A stretch of 64,000 nucleotides of DNA from contig OX597826.1 of assembly GCA_951406725.2 (NCBI GenBank), forward strand, positions 62,868,001 to 62,932,000, given 5' to 3'. The position numbers and the translations under genes were made by a program. The first letter of the stretch is position 1. Each line of letters opens with the position of its first letter. Shown here one piece after another: positions 14,434 through 30,705 of this stretch. This stretch comes from Octopus vulgaris (taxonomy: Eukaryota). Below the pieces are notes generated by a model, which worked only from the letters and a program-made list of their open reading frames with translations, had not been told where the DNA came from and ran no database searches.

Positions 14434-14444
14434 TATATATTATA

Positions 14445-14493
<49 letters not shown>

Positions 14494-14509
14494 TATATAT
14501 AATATATAT

Positions 14510-15821
14510 ATTTATAATGATAAATGCGAAAATGAATATCTGTGTGTCAGTGTGTCAACTTTTTCAACTATACTCGTCGGCCCTTATCTCTCACTATTCA
14601 ATGACACTTCTTCCATTCCTCATGCTTTACCTCTTTCTCACTATTCAATAACACTTCTACTATTCCTCATGCTCTACCCCTCTCTCACTATTCAATTACT
14701 CTTCTGCTATTCTTCATTCTTGGTTTTTTTTCTTAATCCTAGCATTTTGAAAAATATTTCTCTAAATATTATAATTGTATCAAGTAATTTAACCATAACA
14801 CGTGCTTCATAACGTTCCGAAATGAAATACGTATTGAACTCACTTTCTCATACAATATTACCTCTCATAATTTAGTATTTTTGTCAGATATTAATAAAAT
14901 TTGTCAGACCTATTTTCATACCGTTGGCCGTCGAAGCTATGGAAACTTAGCGCACTTCAACTGCTTGAAAATAGATTCGATTAATTTTATTATTACCTTA
15001 AAAAATACTAATTCTACTCTTTAAAAATTTCTTTCTTCATCCTAACATTTTGAAAAGAATCTGTCTCTAAATATAATAACTGTATCAAGTAATTTAAACA
15101 TAACACTACTCTCTAAAAAGTTTTTTTCTTAATCCTAACATTTAAACAAAATATGTTTCTCTAAATATTATAACTTTCCGAAATAAACATTTTGAAAAAA
15201 TATTTCTCTCAATATTATAGCTGTATCACGTAATTTAACAATGATAAGTGCTTCATAACTTTCGGGACTGAAATACGTATTGAAATCACTCTCTCATACA
15301 ATATTACCTCTTGGAAACTTAGTATTTTTTTTCAGATATTAATAAAATTTGTCGGACCTATTTTCGTATCGTCGGCCGTCGGAGCTATGGAACCTAAGCG
15401 CACTCCGACTGCATGAAAAATCATTCGACTAATTTTATTATTACCTTAAAAAATATTAACTCTACTCTCTAAAACAGTTTAGCGCATTCCGACTGCATGA
15501 AAATAGATTCGACTAATTTTATTATTACCTTAAAAAATACTAAAATATACTAAATTTCAAACGTCTTTATAGTCAAATATGTTTAGAGCAAATCCAAATC
15601 ATAAAATTAGCACTTTAAAATAGTCGTTTAGCGACAGTGGTGTAATTTTCCTTCAAACTACGAACAAGTGTTTAGATACGTACCAGGTACTATGAAAGGT
15701 AAGGTCCTAAGTACATCACATTGTCTTTAAATTAAGTGGCGGCAGAAGAATTATCACTGAACTTTTAAAAGGAATTTTTTTTGTTATTTACGGCCAGCTA
15801 TATGCTGGTTGTTCAAGGGTA
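14510..15821 (+). mobile_element. Probable non-autonomous Helitron with internal ~290-bp duplications
   Basis: 5' end TATAATGATAAATGCGAAAATGAATATCTGTGTGTC resembles the start of other Helitrons here. 14735-15027 is repeated at about 15190-15475 and partly again. 3' hairpin CCAGC-TATAT-GCTGG precedes GGTAG (possibly a decayed CTAG). Confidence 0.5.
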
Positions 15822-16089
15822 GGGAATAGAAACAAGCTATTTGTACTGACCCCGAATGGGAAGACAAAAAATGTTGTTTTAGATGCAGCTTTGAAATAAG
15901 TTCTAATTCAACAAATTATATCATTGTGTTGATGAAAATTGTTCATTGCATGAAAAACATTGTTCAAGTTAAATAAAATTTACTATGTACTCAATGCATA
16001 AAGTGTTATTATTGGGCCCAAGACCCAATGAAGAGCCCTCCACAAGAGCTAGCTTAAAAGCCGCTGTATCCGGTGGCTTGTAAGCTAGC

Positions 16090-16120
<31 letters not shown>

Positions 16121-16124
<4 letters not shown>

Positions 16125-16501
16125 ACTTGTTTCAGTCATTTGACTGCGGCCATGCTGGAGCACCGCCTTTAGTCGAGCAAATCGACCCCGGGACTTATTC
16201 TTTGTAAGCCCAGTACTTATTCTATCGGTCTCTTTTTGCCCAACCGGTAAGTGACGGAGACGTAAATACACCAGCATCGGTTGTCAAGCAATGGTAGGGG
16301 GACAAACACAGACACTCAAACATACACACATATATATATATACATATATACGACAGGCTTCTTTCAGTTTCCGTCTACCAAATCCACTCACAAGGCATTG
16401 GTGAGCCCGAGGCTATAGTAGAAGACACTTGCCGAAGATGTCACGCAGCGGGACTGAACCCGGAACCATGAGTTTGGTTAGCAAGCTACTTACCACACAG
16501 C
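16121..16501 (-). mobile_element. SINE family A copy
   Basis: Near-identical to 16888-17294. Confidence 0.9.
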
Positions 16502-16502
16502 T

Positions 16503-16545
<43 letters not shown>

Positions 16546-16549
<4 letters not shown>

Positions 16550-16802
16550 GGACTCGCGGTCGTAGGATCGCGGTTTCGATTCCTAGACCGGACGTTGTGA
16601 GTGTTTATTGAGCGACAACACCTAAAAGCTCCACGAGGCTCCGGCAGGGGGTGGTGATCCCTGCTATACTCTTTCACCACTCTTTCTTCTGTTTGCCTGC
16701 TCGCTTAGCCAGCGGGGTGGCGTCATTCGAAGGCTAAAACAATGCGAATGCATTGTGACCAGCGATGTGTAACAATATCTGATGGTCTGGTCGGTCACGT
16801 GC
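16546..16802 (+). mobile_element. SINE related to family B (5'-truncated)
   Basis: GCGGACTCGCGGTCGTAGGATCGCGGTTTCGATTCC...AACACCTAAAAGCTCCACGAGGCTCCGGCAG matches 5996-6090; the 3' part is different. Confidence 0.75.
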
Positions 16803-16810
16803 CACGTGTC

Positions 16811-16844
<34 letters not shown>

Positions 16845-16887
16845 ATGTATATATATATATATATATATGTATATACTCTCTCTTTAC

Positions 16888-17294
16888 TCTTTTACTTGTT
16901 TCAGTCATTTGACTGTGGCCATGCTGGAGCACCGCCTTTAGTCGAGCAAATCGACCCCAGGACTTATTCTGTGTAAGCCTAGTACTTATTCTATCGGTCT
17001 CTTTAGCCGAACTGCTAAGTTACAGGGACGTAAACACACCAGCATCGGTTGTCAAGCGATGTTGGGGGGACAAACACAGACACACAAACACACACAGACA
17101 CATACATACATATATATATATACATATATACGACAGGCTTCTTTCAGTTTCCGTCTACCAAATCCACTCACAAGTTTTTGGTCAGCCCGAGGCTATAGCA
17201 GAAGACACTTGCCCAAGGTGCCACGCAGTGGGACTGAACCCGGAACCATGTGGTTCGTAAGCAAGCTACTTACCACACAGCCACTCCTACGCCT
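16888..17294 (-). mobile_element. Full-length SINE family A copy
   Basis: Minus-strand head AGGCGTAGGAGTGGCTGTGTGGTAAG...CCGGGTTCAGTCCC (A/B boxes), core CCTTGGGCAAGTGTCTTC, internal microsatellite, and tail ending in GTAAAAGA repeats. Confidence 0.92.
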
Positions 17295-17302
17295 ATGTAT
17301 GA

Positions 17303-17412
<110 letters not shown>

Positions 17413-18022
17413 GCGGGGGGGATGCATAGGTGTGTCAATTTGTTTGCCCTTAACTACCGCTCGGTACCCGGTGTTGTTTTTTTGCGTCTCAGTAACCAAG
17501 CAAGTCGGCAAAAATGACCGATAGAAAAAGTACCAAGTACCAATACTTCAAAAGGTGAAGTATTGTAAACGACTTTTTCGACTAATTCCTTGAAGGAACG
17601 TTCCCATAGAATAACCGAAATTCAATGACTAAAACACATAAAAGAAGCCTGGTGTGTGCCCCGATTTTAGCTTACGCGTATCATTGTGGCAATAAAACAT
17701 TTTGGCTTACCTTTAGTACACTCAGCACTGTCTTAAATCCCACCGCATTGGGCAGAATGCTTTTGCGGCCTGAAACATTTAGAATGTTTTAGTTCCATAT
17801 TATCAACAGAGAAAATTGATTTCCAGCCATTTATGATATGGGCAGTATTCTAGATGAACTCTACACACTCACATACAAACACACCGTCAGCAACAATATC
17901 TCTCAACCATATGCACATACACGAGCGCGCGCATACTCGCGCACACGCTCACATATACAAACACATATCGATAGAAAAAGGGCTTTTCATTTTATTATGC
18001 CTTCTGTCATTGGCACAAAACG

Positions 18023-18023
<1 letters not shown>

Positions 18024-18084
<61 letters not shown>

Positions 18085-18103
18085 TACAGATAGACAGATA
18101 GAC

Positions 18104-18194
<91 letters not shown>

Positions 18195-18220
18195 AAAACA
18201 GACAGACAGACAGACAGACA
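18024..18220. repeat. (GATA)n/(GACA)n microsatellite
   Basis: Directly visible; similar tracts at 23923-23998 and 36190-36412. Confidence 0.95.
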
Positions 18221-18425
18221 CATGCGTGCATACATAATTACATACGTACATGGACAATCGGATAGACAGATGTTTATTCTATTTCTTCTCTTCCAATAAG
18301 TTTTTCTTTCTACCCAAAACAATAGTTTCAGCCATTCATTAAAAGGACACATCCATGGACGATGTCAAGAAATATTCACTGACGGACAATTACACACATA
18401 GATTGATAGAACAAAATAGATACAT

Positions 18426-18595
18426 GCAGGAGTGGCTGTGTGGTAAGTAGCTTGCTTACCAACCACATGGTTCCGGGTTCATTCCCACAGCGTGGCACCT
18501 TAGGCAAGTGTCTTCTACTATAGCCTCGGGCCGACCAAAGCCTTGTGCTTGTGATTGGATTTGGTAGACGGAAACTGAAAGAAGCCCGTCGTATA

Positions 18596-18650
<55 letters not shown>

Positions 18651-18867
18651 GTGTGTGTGTGTGTTTATGTGTTTGTGTTTGTCCTCCCAACATCGCTTGA
18701 CAACCAATGGTGGTGTGTTAACGTCCCCGTAACTTAGCGGTTCGGCAAAAGAGACCGATAGAATAAGTACTAGGCTTGCAAAGTCCTGGGGTCGATTTGC
18801 TCGACTAAAGGCGGTGCTCCAGCATGGCCACAGTCAAATGACTGAAACAAGTAAAAGAGTAAAAGAG
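18426..18867 (+). mobile_element. Full-length SINE family A copy
   Basis: Same head, core and tail as 16888-17294, in the opposite orientation. Confidence 0.92.
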
Positions 18868-18966
18868 GGTATAAGAGTAACGTATCATTTTACACTACAT
18901 TTGACCAATAAGAGATAATGTATTTGTATGTGTGTGTGCGTTTGCATGTGTCGGGCTGTGAATACA

Positions 18967-19009
<43 letters not shown>

Positions 19010-21140
19010 CACAGATGTACAGACACAAATTATCCAGCGGTGGAGACTGCTACATGGTAACTGGATTTGCTAGAAATATCAATCTCTCTCAGAATCCACA
19101 GAAATCTTATATTCACATTCTGCTGTTTTAGGCATTTATGAATATATGAATATGAGTCAACGAGGGACTCCTCTTAGTTCTATATCAACTTGCTGGAAAT
19201 ATTAAACAAATTATTTAATTACATGATATATGTGTATATGACTTTGTATGTCAACGTACAAACCTTTACATGTCATCTCAATGTTTTAGAAATTGCACCC
19301 ACATCACTTTCACAGCACACCGTCTCCTGTGATATGTATGAACCAGGAAGACATATCACTACTCGCTGTAGCAGAAAATCTTCCGCCCACTGAAACCTAA
19401 ATCTCCCAAAAGCTTTAAATTGCACAAAATCCACCATCAAAAATACGCTGTCCATGTTTTAGATGTCGCAATCATATTTGGAAATTTTGCTGAATATAAA
19501 ACTTTCATTTCCAAGATACTTCTAAATAATTTCATTAGCATTTCAATTTAAAATTTTTAAAGGCCTCTATTTCCTGTCAGACCCGCCTTCGGCATTAACA
19601 TCAAGGCAATTCAAGAATGATTATCGAAAATTATTAAACTAAAATTGATGAAGAAACTGATCTGATGAAAAACCTGTTTTTATAATTCTTTTTTTTTTTT
19701 GTCTTTTTTTCCGTCAGTATCTCAGAATTTGGAATCACTCGTCATCAAAACATACAATGCTTGCTAAAAATATTCTTTAACCTTAGTTTGTGGATTAAGT
19801 ATGTGACCAAGATTTATTTGCTGTAATATCCTGCTTTAGTGAAAATTCGAAGATTTTATTTGATTAGACAATTAGTTTGTATTGTATTCCAAAATCACCT
19901 CATTACTGCATAGTTGAAATTTGTTGCAATAGATGGGTACATCTCCTTGCATTTGGTAGGAATTGATCCTTTGAAAACTTATATTGGCTTAATTTTGAAT
20001 AAGTTTAGATTTAGATATATTCCCCTCACACAGTCTTTTAGAAGCAGTAATAAAGTAAGACAAACCTCACTAGACGCCCATATGTCGAGATTGAAAAATA
20101 ATTCAGCCTCTTTTTTATTTAAAATGGAATAGGTCAGCTAAGGCCAAGTCGTGTGTTAGGAATTCAAAACTGTAAGTTTTGTAAGACTGAAGTCTATGAA
20201 ATTACCGGTAATAAAATTCTTCAGTTGCCATACAGAGTCTACCGCATCACGCATATAAATGAAATTTCAGATATTCCAGTATATTTCAGCACTGTGTTCA
20301 AAGCAACCACTGGTATTTTAACATGATTTACAGGTGAAATGAATATATACATTTCGCTCCAAACAGAAACTGAAGGAGTTGTAGGTTGTTTTCCTGATGA
20401 TAACTAAAGGCATAACATTGTTTGCAACACTTTTCTATCTTCAGAGGTTAACTCAGAGTCATGGGCATATCACCACTTAACTCCCAAGTGTCTCTTGAAT
20501 AAGCTCCCTTTCAGCTTGTCCCAACTACCATTACTCGCTTCCCAGTGCTTCTCTCCAATTATTTTGATTGCAACCAATCTCCAGCAAGAAATAATGATCT
20601 GATGTTGCAAGGAAGCCGCTGAACCCAACAGCAATAGAAAACTGCATGCAATCCTTTGACATGATCCTCATTAAGCAAATTTTCGTATTTGGCTTTCTAC
20701 AGTCGGTGAGAAGACGTCAAGTCTATCTTCCCAGGTCTCTGAGAATTCTGCTACATATTTGGCTTATTACCAACAAACTGTTAATATACAGGAATTTATT
20801 AAAATAAGGCTAGTTTTCATGTAAAATTTCGTTTCACTATCTATAAACAAGTAAATAATACTGATCAAACGAACTGAATTTTGTTCATTAAACAACTTAA
20901 CTACGATAACAAACTCCTTTTAGTCGTCTAAGTTAAATGCAAAAAATATTATTAATTTTCACATTTTAATAAGAGTCTGACAAGGCCCACGATGGTGGTG
21001 ATAAAAATGTTTAATGCAAACTTTATATTATTTGTTACTTTTACAATTATAACAACAACAAAAATACTAATTATTATTCTTTTACACTTTTTATTCTTTT
21101 ATTTGTTTCAGACATTTGACTGCGGCCATGATGGAGCACC

Positions 21141-21222
<82 letters not shown>

Positions 21223-21224
<2 letters not shown>

Positions 21225-21438
21225 GGCAGTGAGCTGGCACAATCGTTAGCGCGCGAGGCAAAAAATGCTTTGTGGCATTTCGTCTGACTTTACATTTGGA
21301 GTTCAAATTTCGCCGAGGTCGAATTTGCCTTTCATCCTTTTGAGGTTGATAAATTAAGTACCAGTGGAACGCTGAAGACGAGGAAATTGACTAGTTCCCT
21401 CCCCACAAATTTCGGCCCTTGTGGCCAATGAAGAAAGG

Positions 21439-21440
<2 letters not shown>
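21223..21440 (+). mobile_element. SINE family D copy between (ATT)n tracts
   Basis: AAGGCAGTGAGCTGGCAC...GAGTTCAAATTTCGCCGAGGTCG...GCCTTTCATCCTTT...ATAAATTAAGTACCAG. Confidence 0.8.
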
Positions 21441-21512
<72 letters not shown>

Positions 21513-21514
<2 letters not shown>

Positions 21515-22935
21515 CTTCGTAACACAGTGTAGGTAAAAATGCACCGGAATCTTTTGTCATATGTCAAGTCACAACAAGGATCTCAGACCGATAATACTTT
21601 CCATAAGATGTGCGCTGTGCCCAATAAGGCTGCTTCCTGCATTGGATTTCCAGTTGCCTTAAGAAGTCTTGAAGTTTCAATGGGATTATGTCCATCGCTC
21701 CGATTATCACTAGTATCACTTTTACATTACCCTCTCAAATTCCACACAGTCTTGCCATTTCCACTTTCAATTTGGAGTACTTGGTGATTTTTTTCAACCT
21801 CTTTACTCACAACATTCACGTCATTTGGTATGGCTACATCAATGATTTGACAGCCTCTCCTACACAATATGACAATATCCGGCTGATGGTGTTCTATTAC
21901 ACGATTGGTTTGAAAATCATAGACCTAGAGTATCGTTACTTTTCCATCATCCAGCATAATTTTACTTGGTACATGCTCAAACCAGTTCTTTGTTACTTAA
22001 TATTGGTATTTACGTCATAAGTGCCAATGAAGATACACAGACATTTTATCGTGGCGGTGCTTGTATTATTTTTGTGCAAGGCTCTCACAGCCACTTACCA
22101 AGGGGTCGCATTTTCCACACTCATTCCACAGAGTCTGCATTTCTGGGTGTCAGAAGTTTTATAAATGTTATACTTCACTGAATTGGTAGCGAGAGCCTGG
22201 TCTTGTGCAGCAATGATCAGGCTTTCGGTGGTATGCTTCAAATCACTTCGCTCAAGCCATGCCCACGATGCTATATTATACTTAACGTCCTGTGTATTCT
22301 TTTCAAACTGTCCATGCATTCTCGTTTCAAGACTGTCTTCTTTTCTCTTCTCCTCAGCTCTTTGGTTAAACTCTTCCTTGCCCATCATTTCTTCAGCATT
22401 TACACCCATATCTTTCGTGGCACATTGCCGCAGGTCTTCATCACTATTTATCAAATAGAATGGTCTATACTAATTAGTCCTCTGCCGCCACTCTTTCTTT
22501 TCATATACAGTCTATTTCCGTTTGCTTTAGGGTGTTATGCCCCATGCAGCATCATCAACTTTCTCGTCCTTCTATCCAGTGATGGTATTACCTCCTTAGT
22601 CCATTTGGGCAAATGCCCAGATATTCATTGCCGTAATCAAAATGTTGGCATTCAGGTTGGATTTCAACACCATCTTCACCTTTTTTTGGTACGCCTCGCT
22701 GACCTTGACTTTCATTTCTCTGTGTAGAATGTCATCCAGCTCCCAAATCCCTAAATATCTATACCCTCTCCCGATGGCAACTGCAATCCGTCTTTTCATA
22801 TTAAGTACTGAGCATTTGGTTATTCCAAATTCCATACCGATGTCTGTCCCTACCACACTTCTCGACTGTTTTGGTTAAAGAATCTAACTGTTTTTCACAT
22901 TTCCCAAAACAATTTCAGCTCATCCATAAACAGAA
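21513..22935 (-). mobile_element. R4/Dong-clade LINE remnant (RT C-terminus, CCHC finger, restriction-like endonuclease region)
   Basis: LLFMDE..., DIGMEFGITKC, YRYLGI, ESLIIAAQDQALATN...KCRLCG, HQPDIV, then QEAALLGTAHIL near 21610-21640. Frameshifted, and flanked by (ATT)n. Confidence 0.85.
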
Positions 22936-23042
22936 GATTATTATTAGTATTAGTAGTAGTAGTAATATTTTATAGGATCGAGGTAACTCCTCCAGTAGGT
23001 ATACAGAATAAAAAAAAAGAAGAGTGCCACTATTATCAAGTA

Positions 23043-23079
23043 AACGATATTTCGGCATCTACCCTGCCTTCCACAGGTT
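23043..23079 (-). ncRNA. Degenerate minimal type I hammerhead motif (PLE-type remnant)
   Basis: Minus strand reads AAC-CUGUGGA-AGGCA GGGUAGA UGCC-GAAA-UA-UC-GUU. The helices are intact but core A6 is changed to U. Confidence 0.4.
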
Positions 23080-23121
23080 CAAAAAATAAACGTATCTCTC
23101 TACATCATTTTTGGTAATATA

Positions 23122-23207
<86 letters not shown>

Positions 23208-23390
23208 GATACAGATAATTATTGTTGCTTTTATCATTGTCATTGTTGCTATTATTGTTATTAGTAGACTTGATAAAGCAATTACGTTAAAACCTGAATA
23301 TAATGCAGTCGACTATTTTTCTCCCTACAATTTATTTATTTATCCTGTTTACATAATTAATTAAAAGTATATATACGTATACATACATAC

Positions 23391-23440
<50 letters not shown>

Positions 23441-23923
23441 GTATACATGTGTATATATATGTATATATATATATATATATACATATCTATATAAATATAA
23501 ATATTTATATTCATATATACAGGCATACATATGTATATAGTACATATACATATGCAGTGAGACACATATATGTGGATGGCGGAGAGAGATATTTCTTTGT
23601 TGATATGTTATACTTCTAATGCAGATTCTTTCTGGCCGTTCTAGCTTTATTAGAACATTGCATTGTTTGATAAGTATCAAATGTAATTTAAGCTGATGAA
23701 TATCGTCGCTGTTTCCCCTTATTATATTGATAGCATCATTATTCACAACTGAATATCCATTAATGTTCGCTGAAACGAAATGGCCATTCTGTTGAGTAAA
23801 TAGTTTAATATAAAAATTTTAAATGATTTTAAACCCAAGTTTTGCTGCCGATTAAAAAGATATGTCTATGTGTGTGTGTGCATTTATATTCATATACATA
23901 CTCACACAGACAGACACATAAAC

Positions 23924-23999
<76 letters not shown>

Positions 24000-24672
24000 T
24001 CATGTGATCTATGTATATGTGCGCGGAATATTGAAGCAATATATAGGTCAAACAAAAATGTCTCTCCCACGGAGAACAACACTGCATAGGGAACAAATCC
24101 GTTTCCCAACGAATAGAGAATATCAATAAGCGGACACACAGAAAGTTGTACGGGGAATCTCCATCCAAACTTTACAGTTTTCCTTACTCGGAGCGTTGCC
24201 AGGTTAAAAAAATAAAGAATACAGACGTTTTCGGTAGAATTTACGAAGTATTCATAGACTTCGTCAACATATATCCACTATCTTCCGATAAAACTTTTAA
24301 TCAGATATCAAACATGTGAGGTAATATCCTGATGAGGACGAATTTGACGAACATGACATATCCAACAATGTTGGTTGGATGCGTCATGTATTTAGAAAAT
24401 AGCGTTTGAATTTATAGAGAAAGTACAAGGGGTCATATTAACGAGCATGTGATAAGTGACGAGATCTAACAGCTATATCATTCATCTCAATTAGTATATA
24501 ACCGATACTGGCTATGACGTGCATGCAAGAATAACAGACATTCTGTGACCATAGTTGTCCGTGAGATCAATAAATCCAGGCAAATATCTTTTCTGTTAAA
24601 TGAGATGAAAGAAAACACACTGCAGGGCAGCAGAAAGTCATAAAACTGTCACCATCGTTCTAACGCAGACAC

Positions 24673-25190
<518 letters not shown>

Positions 25191-25938
25191 ATATATATAT
25201 ATATATATATAGATAGATATACATATATAAAGAGATATTGTAATATTTACTGGATGACGCGAGTCTTTCCCCAAAGTGACAAATGACATTTTACAAAGGT
25301 TTGTATTAGTTATGAGTAAGCACTTTGGATTAAATCAGATGACGTCATCATTGCCTGATTTCCGTGATCTTTTGGATTTGCGATAGTTAAAATTGCATGT
25401 TTAACGGTACTCTTTAGAATATATCAGTGCCACTAAGGTTACTGGTAATGTTATGAATTATGTTATTGCAGTCTGTTATCAGCACTCGCATTTGTAACAT
25501 TAAGGCTGGCAAATTTGTCACAATATTCATTCTTATAAATATAATATGTTTATGCATATGTGTGTGTGTGTATGTAGATAATATATGTATATATATATAC
25601 TCACACACGTGTACACATACACACACACAGTAACACATATATATATATTTATGTATATCATAATGGATTAAAGGTTCTCAGACCTTTAGACAGTCCGTTA
25701 CAGGATTCCTCAATTTTACCAGCAGAGTGGACTGGAGCAACATGAATTGAAGAGTTTTGCTCAACAAAACAGTGCATCGCCCTGTCTAGGAATGGCAAGA
25801 ACAATGTTACGATCATAAATGCAACGTTCCAACCAATAACTCGCCCCAACGAACATAAATCCACTCACATAAATGTATGTATGCACTCATATATATGCAT
25901 ATATATGCATGAATATTTCAGCATCTACATATATTAAA

Positions 25939-26144
25939 TACGAGGGCTGCTGAAATCTTCCTGGCTTTAAAGGTATCACAAAAGGCCTGGCTAGAAGTCC
26001 AACCTACAGACCTTAGGAATCTGAAGGACCGCTGTAATGACAGCGTGAATCTGAGAGAAAAATATGTTGAATAAAATCATAATTAACTGATCCTCCTGTG
26101 TTTACGTTTACCCAAAGTCAGGAACTTTTCAGCACCCCGTCGTA
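25939..26144. mobile_element. Mariner-type MITE
   Basis: TA-flanked imperfect TIRs TACGAGGGCTGCTGAAATCTTCCTGGCTTT and AAAGTCAGGAACTTTTCAGCACCCCGTCGTA. Confidence 0.7.
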
Positions 26145-26303
26145 TTACATACATGTACACATAATCTGATTAGACGTTCTTCAAATGTATACCACGTATA
26201 ACGTATAAACAGATACTTTGCCATGTATGCCAGTAATTGTGCGCGTGAGCTGATGTGTTTGAGAGAATGTGCCATTTGTGTATCTGTTTTCCTTATATTC
26301 ATT

Positions 26304-27045
26304 ACGAGCAAAACGCCCTCCGTCCAATGAACGGTGGTGAGTTGTCAAACATTTAAAACAAATTTTCTTAAAACAACTTGTCCGACCGTCCCATAGGCCT
26401 CATTTGAGAAACACTGATTTAACCATAATTTGAGACACCAGTAAAAGAAGAAATAAAGATAGACTTGTTTTCTATTCCAAAGAAAAACGATTTTATTCAC
26501 ACAAATATGCAACCGAGTTTAAAGTACCTGTAATGATAAGGCTGTTAACTGGGAGAACACAAACATGGTTTAAACATTTCTTTTCATTGAAAAATAATTA
26601 AGCATGCCTTTATTTCAATAAAATTTTTGGTTTTGTTAAACGAAGTTGAGGCAAAAAAAAACCAAATAGTCTTTCTTTCCTTCATGCCAAGTTTGAAGAA
26701 AATATCTCTTTTGCAACTTACGTTTTTGGTCTCTTAAATATACTGCATTTTGTGACATTATTTCAAGCCAGCCGGCTTTTTTTGCACAAACTGCACGTGC
26801 ATTTTTCTCGCGTACGTGTAGTATCGATCGCAACAGCTGATGTACTTGCGCGTACGAATGCATGTTCCCACGGCTTTATCGATCGCACTCTCACCTGGAA
26901 TCGATTTTTATAACTTTTTTAAGACTTATACACGCCTTGATACCGTCGGTATCTACATATCAAATTTGAGCGCAATCGGGTGGAGGATGCCCGGGATCCT
27001 AGAAGACACGCATACAGACAGACAGAAAGATTTTATATAATAGGC
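26304..27045 (-). mobile_element. Possible non-autonomous Helitron
   Basis: Minus-strand start CCTATTATATAAAATCTTTCTGTCTGTCTG. The 3' hairpin CCACCGTTC-ATT-GGACGGAGG is followed by GCGTTTTGCTCG|T (CTAG-like). Confidence 0.45.
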
Positions 27046-27436
27046 TATGTAACGAAAACTTAAGACTGATTATATGAAAATTTCTCATTTTTAATATGTT
27101 TCAGTTAATGAATAAATTTAAAATATGAACACATACATTAAAGATGTACTGGCATCTTCAAATCATATGTGTTTACCCGGCATCAATAAAATTTGTTTCA
27201 ATACACCATCAAAGGAAATCCGTAATGTAAACACCCAGACCATTTTGTCAATTAGGAAAGTTTGCACTTCCGTTAAATACCAGTCAATAACGTTCACCGT
27301 TCCAGCTGAGGAATTACATCGTTCAAGAAGATAATTATCTTTGTTAGCTCAAGTCCTTTTCGGACACTAGCATAGAAATCATATACATTCATTATGCATA
27401 CGCACAACATATACGTATATGCATACATACATAGCG

Positions 27437-28067
<631 letters not shown>

Positions 28068-28409
28068 ATATATATATATATATATGTATGTATATATGTA
28101 TGTATGTATACATACATATTCAGAATTTATATACAAATATATATATAACTATATACATAGATAAATAGATAGATAAATGCACAAATATCCATACATACAC
28201 CTGCATATTTATAAACATTTTCAAGTGAATACATATGCATACAGATTTATAGATGTGTGTGCACGCGTGCGCGCGCGTTGTTTGATTTTATATCAAAAGT
28301 TATGCAAAAAGCAATTTAAAATTAAAGTGAATTACACTGTTCCATAGAGTACAAGTTTACACATTTAGAAGAATTGTGTTTAGCCGTGACTTCGAAGTTT
28401 ATGTATGTT

Positions 28410-28455
<46 letters not shown>

Positions 28456-29669
28456 ATAAAGGATCGTGGGTCAAAACAACGCGAAGTAAATGCAAAGTAA
28501 ATCACAAGAACACAAATATATAAATTAATGTAGACTTATCTTGTATTCAATATTTCGGGTATATAACCCCATTTTCAAGAAATGGACGAATGTTGTAGAT
28601 GTGCATGTGTGTGAGAGGGTGTGGAGTGGACATGCACGGAATGGTGTTGCTATAGGAACCCGCTAGCTTTCCTACGGACTGTGTGTTGTACTACTGCAGT
28701 AGTAATATAGATATACATATATTTAAATATATACTGATACCTATACATACATACATACTTGCATACATGCATATATATATATTGAAATATTATATATATA
28801 TATACATGGATAGATAAATAGCTGAAGAGCTATAGATATAAATATTCACATGTAAAAGTATATGTATACACAAACATCTATGTGTATATGAATGTATAAA
28901 TGTATGAAGGTATGTATATAGGAATGTATGTAGCTGGGTAGGTTTTGGCAGGTAGTTATACCAGATAATTTAGATCGTAAATAGTTTTCATAGGAAAACG
29001 TTGTTTATAGATCTAAGGTTTTCTAAATTACAAATCAAGAAATCTATATGGAAAACATTATTTAGTGTGTAGAAAAATAGTTCTTTTAAAACATTTGATG
29101 TCACTTCTATCAGAATATTAACACGATACAAAAACACTTATAAAGTTGAATAAACCCCTTTTAACATCAAACAACTTAGGAAATAATATAATGCAACAGC
29201 GTTGCTAGCGTTGAATATGGCGATGTTTATTTGACGATTGTTACGTACAGAACAATTCCATGTAGTTAACAACGCCCGTTCAACTCACTATAATCGAGAA
29301 ATCCATACATATATACAGTATAATCTGCTCAAATAATAGAATACATGTGAGTTTGTGTGTGCATGGGTGTTTGTATGTATGTATGTATGTGTGTATGTAT
29401 GTATGTACGTATGTATGTATGTATGTATGTATGTATGTATGTATGTATGTATGTATGTGTGGGGACAACGTAATCAATTGGCTGAGAGGCTCACAAGGCA
29501 ATCATCATGTCTTGGGTTCCATCCATTCTACAGCATGTCATTTTGGCCAAGTCACTTTTATCCATGGCTTCTGGTAGTCCCAAGCCTTGTGATATATATT
29601 TATATGTGTGTACGTGAATGTTTATATCGTCCTAACTTCATATTCTTTAATTTATTTGGGGTTTTTTTT

Positions 29670-30041
29670 CTTGCTTCAGTCATTTTGACTGTGGCCATGT
29701 TGGAGCACTGCCTTTTTTTAGTCGAAGAAATTGACCTCTGAACTTGTGAGCCTGGTACTTATTCTATCGGCCTTCTTTTCTGAACCGCTTGGTTACAGGA
29801 CATAAACACACCAACATATGTTGTCAAGCGATTGTGGTGGTGACAAACACAGACGCAAACACACAATTATATGCATATATAAAAAACGACGGGCTTCTTT
29901 CAGGTTCTGTCTACCAAATCCACTCACAAGGCTTTGGTCGGAGCGAAGCTATAGAAGACACTTGCCCAAGGTGCCACGCAGTGGGAATTAATCCAGAACC
30001 ATGTGGTTCGTAAGCAAGCCTCTTACCACACACCCACGCCT
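29670..30041 (-). mobile_element. SINE family A copy
   Basis: Same tail, core and head as the other copies. A decayed plus-strand head lies at about 29460-29590. Confidence 0.85.
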
Positions 30042-30130
30042 GTTAAAGTTTTTCAATGAATTTCATTTTTTGAAACGCTTTAACTGAAGAATGTTAACGA
30101 AATGGACGATTTTCCTGTTATATATATATA

Positions 30131-30487
30131 CTAGCAGTATCGCCCGGCGTTGCTCGGGTTTGTAAGGGAAATAACTATATAAGCATTTTTAGAGAGTTAT
30201 AGCCAAAACATAGCAAAAAAAAATGCATTAAAAATGGAAAAAAAAATTATGGTAAATTTTTTTTTAAATCGTTGACTCATAGTAGACATTTTTAGAGAGT
30301 TACTTCCCTTATATAATATCGAAAATCGTAGACTCATCGTAGACGCGCGCTAATACCCAGAAGGGCTCGATATGAATCACGACTATAAGATACCCGGTTT
30401 TGGTTAAACTGCACCGCAAAATGTGGGAGTAGTTAGGAATCTAAATCGTAGGAGACAGACACACAACTTGACTTTTATATATAAAGA
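30131..30487 (-). mobile_element. Complete non-autonomous Helitron (357 bp)
   Basis: Minus strand: A|TCTTTATATATAAAAGTC 5' end, 3' hairpin CCCGAGCAACGCCGGG (30143-30158), then GATACTGCTAG|T. It is inserted in an AT dinucleotide without a TSD, as is canonical for Helitrons. Confidence 0.88.
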
Positions 30488-30705
30488 TTACGCAAACCAG
30501 AAACGTACGTAAGAAATTATCTCGAAGTATGACTATTTGGTTTGACTTCATAATTACAACTACACACATACACACATAAACACACAAATAACACACATAT
30601 ACACACGTACACAACCATACACACACATACGCTCACACACATACCGTGATCAAATGAGGTTGATATGACAGGGAAAAATCAGTCATAAAAAATGTAGAGA
30701 TAATA